A DNA stretch of 64,000 bases, from the NCBI RefSeq assembly GCF_013167455.1, contig NZ_CP038328.1; one strand, given 5' to 3'. The notes under the pieces are model-generated. The model made no database searches. It saw only the letters and a program-made list of their open reading frames with translations, and was not told the DNA's origin. Made by a program: the position numbers and the translations under genes. Source of the stretch: Escherichia coli O157:H7 (GTDB lineage Bacteria > Pseudomonadota > Gammaproteobacteria > Enterobacterales > Enterobacteriaceae). Below, piece by piece: positions 57,030 through 64,000 of the stretch; position 1 is the first letter of the stretch; every line of letters starts with the position of its first letter.

Positions 57030-57265
57030 ACATAAAAAAAACGGCCAACGTCGGAAGACGTCAGCCGCTGCTTTTTATGCATAGACCTCGCCTTCCGGCA
57101 AGGTCTCACTTACAACAAAAAAGGAATACGTCTGCGTATTCCTTTCGGGTTGCCCGGTGACCGGATGTGGTTTTTCACACATCGTAATGACGATCGACCG
57201 GCAATGAAGTTACTCCCCTTTGCAGGTAACAAAGTATGACAGACCATTCAGTCAGTCAATGGTCT
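57030..57265 (-). ncRNA. sraF: alx 5' leader: yybP-ykoY-type (Mn2+ / pH-responsive) riboswitch element (SraF) with attenuator hairpins
   Basis: Minus strand contains aaaggggagtaacttcattgccggtcgatcgtcattacg, then hairpin aggaatacgcagacgtattcc + U6, then a second hairpin gacgtcttccgacgt + U8 about 20 nt before the alx ATG. Confidence 0.6.
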
Positions 57266-57299
57266 GTTACATACCTTTTACACTGTTTTACTTTGGCAA

Positions 57300-58286
57300 T
57301 TATAGTTTTACGCTATCTGCCGGAAAAATCACCCCAGTCTGGCGGCGGATCTCGGTCAGCAGTTTGGCTGTGATGCGACTGACCGCCAGCCCTGGATGAT
57401 CCACCAGATGCTCATCCACCAGGGTAGCGAACAGCTCTGCTTCGTAGAGCATGGTATTAATATGCTGCGGCTGGGTGAGATCCTGCATCTGGCTGCCACG
57501 CGGCACGAAGCACACTTTCTGGCATTCAGACAGTTTTTCAATCACCAGCGATCCCGCTTCGCCCTGAATCTCGCTTGCCAGGACAGAATCGCTGACCTTT
57601 GAGTGCTGCAAGGTGACGCTGAAATCACCGTAATCCATCACCACCACGCCGTGGGCATCTACACCACTTGCCAGTAAACTGGCGGTTGCCTGCACGCTTT
57701 TCGGCTCACCAAATAACGCTACCGCCGACGCCAGGCAGTAAAAGCCGATATCCATAATTGAACCGTTAGAGAATGCCGGATTAAAGGTGTTGGGATTCTC
57801 ACCGTCCAGGTAACGTTGATACCGCGAGGAATACTGGCAATAGTTGAAAAAAACTTTCCGCAGTTTGCCGACTTTCGGCAGCGCCTGGCGTAACAGATGA
57901 AAGTTAGGCAGGCTGGCCGTTTTAAATGCCTCAAACAGCACCACCTGATTTTCACGCGCGCAGGCAATGGCTGCATCCACTTCCGCCAGATTCGACGCCA
58001 GTGGTTTCTCACAAATCACATGAATTTTGTGGCTCAGGAAAAGTTGCGTCTGGGAAAAATGCAGGGCGTTCGGGCTGGCAATATACACCGCGTCGATAGC
58101 GTCACTTTCCGCCATTGCTTCCAGCGAAGTAAACAGATGCTCGACAGAAAACTCATTGGCGAAGTGCTGGGCCTGTTCAAGGCTGCGGGAATAAACGGCG
58201 GTTAACTTATATTTACCGCTTTCATGTGCGGCCTCCACGAACTGGTGAGTTATCCAGTTCGTACCAATCACGGCGAAACGTATCAT
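57300..58286 (-). CDS. ygjR: Gfo/Idh/MocA-family NAD(P)-dependent oxidoreductase
   Basis: MIRFAVIGTNWITHQFVEAAHESGKYKLTAVYSRSLEQAQHFANEF... (328 aa). Confidence 0.85.
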   Translation of the reverse strand: MIRFAVIGTNWITHQFVEAAHESGKYKLTAVYSRSLEQAQHFANEFSVEHLFTSLEAMAESDAIDAVYIASPNALHFSQTQLFLSHKIHVICEKPLASNLAEVDAAIACARENQVVLFEAFKTASLPNFHLLRQALPKVGKLRKVFFNYCQYSSRYQRYLDGENPNTFNPAFSNGSIMDIGFYCLASAVALFGEPKSVQATASLLASGVDAHGVVVMDYGDFSVTLQHSKVSDSVLASEIQGEAGSLVIEKLSECQKVCFVPRGSQMQDLTQPQHINTMLYEAELFATLVDEHLVDHPGLAVSRITAKLLTEIRRQTGVIFPADSVKL

Positions 58287-58364
58287 AACGCGTGGATACT
58301 CCATAAAGGGATTCTGTCGTCAATGTAGCACGCCTTTTTCATCTTCGACGTGCGCGGATACGCA

Positions 58365-59057
58365 TTATTTCTGCGCCGGACAACCATGCTCACTAAACGG
58401 ACCAATAATGACCGACGGCCCGAGATATTTTGGCTGACGATTGAAGATTTTCGCGTCAATCACCGCGCTGACTCTGGCGAGTTTCTCTCGCAGACGGACA
58501 ATCTTTCCGCGTCCTTTTTCCAGGTCTGGTGCGTTAAACCCGATAGCATCGATGCCGTATTGTTTTGCCAGCCAGATGGCGCGTTGGTTATGAAATTCCT
58601 GCGAGATAATGGTGATATGGTTCTCCCCAAACACTTTATTGGCACGCACCACTGAATCAAGCGTTGAGAATCCGGCATAGTCACAGAAGATCACTTTTGC
58701 CGGTACGCCCTTTGCGATCAAAGCCTGCTGCATGCCTGACGCTTCATCGTAATTTTTACGTCCGTTATCGCCACTGACCAGCAGCCATTTCACTTTTCCG
58801 GCGTGGTACAACTCTGCTGCGGTATCAATACGTCGGGTAAAGTAGCGATTACCCGGCCTGGCCCCCAGCAATAAGCCCACGTTACGCGCCGGAACGACGT
58901 TGACGTCGCTCCAGGTCAGCTGTTTGCTGGCGTTGACCATTACGCGATCGGCGATAAAAATGGTCGCTCCTGCCACAAGTAACAGTAAGCAGGCAATCTT
59001 TAGAGTCCGGCGAGAAAAACAAATACGGAGAAGAAGGCGGGCAAATGCGCGCAGCAT
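58365..59057 (-). CDS. ygjQ: DUF218 (SanA/YdcF-like) domain protein with N-terminal membrane anchor
   Basis: 230-aa [42 protein letters not shown]... Confidence 0.8.
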   Translation of the reverse strand: MLRAFARLLLRICFSRRTLKIACLLLLVAGATIFIADRVMVNASKQLTWSDVNVVPARNVGLLLGARPGNRYFTRRIDTAAELYHAGKVKWLLVSGDNGRKNYDEASGMQQALIAKGVPAKVIFCDYAGFSTLDSVVRANKVFGENHITIISQEFHNQRAIWLAKQYGIDAIGFNAPDLEKGRGKIVRLREKLARVSAVIDAKIFNRQPKYLGPSVIIGPFSEHGCPAQK

Positions 59058-59133
59058 GGTCGTTATCCTTAACGAAAGGGGGGAGGTCGATTTTAGGCGC
59101 TAAAGAAAGAAAAGATAACGCCTGACATCATTT

Positions 59134-59637
59134 TCAGATTTTGTCCTGCCCAAGCGACAACTGGGTTAGCCACAGTCGGGTGTCGAACTCAAGCTGGTGG
59201 TACTGGGGTTCCATATGACAGCACAACTGGTAAAACGCTTTGTTATGCTCTTTCTCCTTCAGGTGCGCCAGCTCGTGCACCACGATCATGCGCAAAAACG
59301 GTTCCGGCGCGTTGCGAAACACGGTAGCGACGCGGATCTCTGCTTTTGCTTTCAGCTTGCCGCCCTGCACACGAGAAACAGCGGTATGTAACCCGAGCGC
59401 GTTTTTTAGCACATGGATCTTATTGTCATACATCACTTTATTGATCGGCGGGGCATTACGCAGAAACTGATTTTTCAGATCCTGAGTATATTGCCAGAGG
59501 GCTTTATCGGTGGCGTAGTCGTGTGTTCCCGGATAGCGTTTTGCCAGCACATCGCCCAGACGCTGTTCGTTAATCAGTGTTCGCACCTGGGAAAGTAGCT
59601 GCTCGGGATAACCCTGAAGATAAGTAAGATTGCTCAT
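59134..59637 (-). CDS. ygjP: Predicted zinc-dependent hydrolase (DUF45, HExxH motif)
   Basis: [17 protein letters not shown]... (167 aa) containing [13 protein letters not shown]. Confidence 0.8.
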
Positions 59638-59721
59638 AACCGCCCACGAAAAAGAGAAAAAGGGTATACTCACGCACCCTTTTCAGGGGCAATGTCGAAA
59701 TTTTATCATTCAGGAGGGCCG

Positions 59722-60858
59722 ATGAGCCACTTAGACAACGGTTTCCGTTCACTGACACTACAACGTTTTCCGGCGACGGATGACGTTAACCCGCTACAGG
59801 CGTGGGAAGCGGCGGATGAATATTTGCTGCAACAGTTGGACGACACAGAAATCCGCGGCCCGGTGTTGATCCTGAATGATGCCTTTGGTGCGTTAAGCTG
59901 CGCGCTGGCGGAACATAAGCCGTACAGCATTGGCGACTCATACATCAGTGAACTGGCGACGCGCGAGAATTTACGCCTCAACGGGATTGATGAGTCGAGC
60001 GTGAAGTTTCTCGACAGCACCGCCGACTACCCGCAACAGCCGGGTGTGGTGCTGATCAAAGTGCCGAAAACACTGGCATTGCTGGAACAGCAACTGCGTG
60101 CGCTGCGCAAAGTGGTCACGCCACAAACACGTATTATTGCCGGTGCCAAAGCCCGTGACATCCACACTTCCACGCTGGAACTATTCGAAAAAGTGCTCGG
60201 CCCGACCACCACCACGCTGGCATGGAAGAAAGCGCGCCTGATTAACTGCACTTTCAATGAACCACCGCTGGCCGATGCGCCGCAGACCGTTAGCTGGAAG
60301 CTGGAAGGTACTGACTGGACTATCCACAACCATGCGAATGTCTTCTCCCGCACCGGGCTGGATATCGGCGCGCGCTTCTTTATGCAACATCTGCCAGAGA
60401 ATCTCGAAGGGGAGATTGTCGATCTCGGTTGCGGTAATGGCGTTATTGGTCTGACGCTGCTTGATAAAAACCCGCAGGCGAAAGTGGTGTTTGTCGATGA
60501 ATCGCCGATGGCGGTTGCTTCCAGCCGTTTGAACGTTGAAACCAACATGCCAGAGGCGTTGGATCGCTGCGAATTTATGATCAACAACGCGCTCTCCGGC
60601 GTGGAGCCTTTCCGCTTTAATGCTGTGCTCTGCAACCCGCCGTTTCATCAGCAACATGCGCTGACCGATAACGTCGCCTGGGAGATGTTCCACCACGCCC
60701 GCCGCTGCCTGAAAATCAACGGCGAGCTGTATATCGTTGCCAACCGTCACCTGGATTACTTCCATAAACTGAAGAAAATTTTCGGCAACTGCACCACCAT
60801 CGCCACGAATAATAAATTTGTGGTGCTGAAAGCAGTGAAGCTGGGGCGTCGTCGGTAA
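59722..60858 (+). CDS. rlmG: 23S rRNA m2G1835 methyltransferase
   Basis: [38 protein letters not shown]... (378 aa) with SAM-binding motif [11 protein letters not shown] and NPPFH catalytic motif. Confidence 0.9.
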
Positions 60859-60869
60859 GATTGACAGCT

Positions 60870-60965
60870 ACCTGCCAGATAAGGCGTAAACGCCTTATCT
60901 GGCATACGTTTAGCACATTACCCCCAGGTCGGATAAGATGCGGCAAGCGTCGCATCCGGCAATGT
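60870..60965. repeat. REP/BIME palindromic units
   Basis: ctgccagataaggcgtaaacgccttatctggcat ... ggtcggataagatgcggcaagcgtcgcatccggca. Confidence 0.75.
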
Positions 60966-61076
60966 CTGCCCAGTTCTGGAATCGCGCTCCATAAAACAAA
61001 AAATCCCTGTCACCATCCTCTACATTCTCTTGTTTAGCGTTGTTTAACGTTTATTCTTCCGTCACACAGATAAATT

Positions 61077-61133
61077 CATCCGTTGCCAATCTGTCAACGG
61101 ATGTTATCATATTGCCAATTTGTCAACGGACGT
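61077..61133. promoter_or_regulatory. higBA promoter with palindromic operator (9-9-9) and a degenerate second copy
   Basis: CATCCGTTG-ccaatctgt-CAACGGATG (61077-61103) is a perfect inverted repeat; attgccaatttgtcaacggacg (61111-61132) repeats the right half immediately before the higB ATG. Confidence 0.5.
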
Positions 61134-61141
61134 GATGAAGA

Positions 61142-61456
61142 ATGCACCTGATAACTCAAAAAGCATTGAAAGATGCTGCGGAAAAATACCCGCAACATAA
61201 AACGGAGTTGGTGGCTCTAGGGAACACGATTGCTAAGGGATATTTCAAAAAACCTGAGTCATTAAAAGCAGTATTCCCATCTCTGGATAACTTCAAATAT
61301 CTGGATAAGCATTATGTTTTCAATGTTGGGGGCAATGAATTACGTGTTGTAGCAATGGTCTTTTTTGAATCGCAAAAGTGCTACATACGTGAAGTTATGA
61401 CGCATAAAGAATACGATTTTTTTACCGCTGTTCATCGTACTAAGGGGAAAAAATGA
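61142..61456 (+). CDS. higB: mRNA interferase toxin HigB (RelE/ParE superfamily)
   Basis: 104-aa ORF MHLITQKALKDAAEKYPQHKTELVALGNTIAKGYFKKPESLKAVF...; 4-bp overlap (ATGA) with higA. Confidence 0.85.
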   Translation: MHLITQKALKDAAEKYPQHKTELVALGNTIAKGYFKKPESLKAVFPSLDNFKYLDKHYVFNVGGNELRVVAMVFFESQKCYIREVMTHKEYDFFTAVHRTKGKK

Positions 61457-61869
61457 TTGCGATTGCCGACATCTTGCATGCAGGAGAAAAGCTAACTGCT
61501 GTGGCACCTTTTCTGGCGGGTATTCAGAACGAGGAACAATACATCCAGGCGCTGGAACTGGTAGATCATCTGCTGCTCAACGATCCTGAAAACCCCTTAC
61601 TGGATCTGGTGTGTGCCAAAATAACCGCGTGGGAAGAATCAGCGCCCGAATTTGCGGAATTTAATGCCATGGCTCAAGCCATGCCTGGCGGTATAGCCGT
61701 GATTCGTACCCTTATGGATCAATATGGTTTAACCCTTTCCGATCTGCCGGAAATTGGCAGTAAATCTATGGTGTCACGCGTTTTGAGCGGGAAGAGGAAA
61801 TTAACGCTGGAACACGCTAAAAAATTGGCAACGCGATTCGGCATTTCTCCCGCCTTGTTTATTGATTAA
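61453..61869 (+). CDS. higA: Antitoxin HigA (HTH-XRE)
   Basis: 138-aa ORF with C-terminal HTH (SMVSRVLSGKRKLTLEHAKKLATRFGISPALFID). Confidence 0.85.
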   Translation: MIAIADILHAGEKLTAVAPFLAGIQNEEQYIQALELVDHLLLNDPENPLLDLVCAKITAWEESAPEFAEFNAMAQAMPGGIAVIRTLMDQYGLTLSDLPEIGSKSMVSRVLSGKRKLTLEHAKKLATRFGISPALFID

Positions 61870-61913
61870 CGCGACGTGCCGGATGCGTTGCATCCGGCAC
61901 TTCAATGCACGAT

Positions 61914-63959
<2,046 letters not shown>

Positions 63960-64000
63960 TTATGTGGTCGGATGAGTTCTAATTTAGCCGTCGCCGGAGA

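Noticed and set aside
60027-60765. Two overlapping minus-strand ORFs of 194 and 202 codons
   Set aside because: Both antisense to rlmG.

Overview
Enterobacterial (Escherichia coli-type) chromosomal segment, read in the opposite orientation to the conventional K-12 map, running from the 3' end of rsmI to fadH. Gene content in order: the yraHIJK chaperone-usher fimbrial operon (yraK split by an IS629-like IS3-family element), a complete 13-gene aga/kba GalNAc/GalN cluster with divergent agaR, prlF-yhaV toxin-antitoxin, garD and garPLRK, rnpB (RNase P RNA) with 3' tandem terminator repeats, an AT-rich tdcR-yhaB-yhaC islet, tdcABCDEFG, cyuPA, yhaL/K/J/I/H, yqjG/F/K/E/D/C, mzrA, yqjA, exuR, exuT, uxaCA, ygjV, sstT, alx with its structured leader, ygjR/Q/P, rlmG, higBA and fadH. 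The strain is not K-12: agaW, agaE, agaF and agaA are full length and an IS629-type element is present, which fits an O157:H7-like lineage (inference from memory, no search run). Lesions read directly from the sequence: in-frame amber (TAG) codons in agaC (codon 8) and agaI (codon 72), and an IS-disrupted, probably partly deleted yraK. The best candidate for an uncharacterised system is the low-GC tdcR-yhaB-yhaC islet beside rnpB; the rest is largely recognisable core genome. No tRNA, rRNA, CRISPR array or prophage was seen. Gene names and reference protein lengths are recalled, not searched; many starts were trimmed from the ORF track to internal Met/Val codons on that basis.
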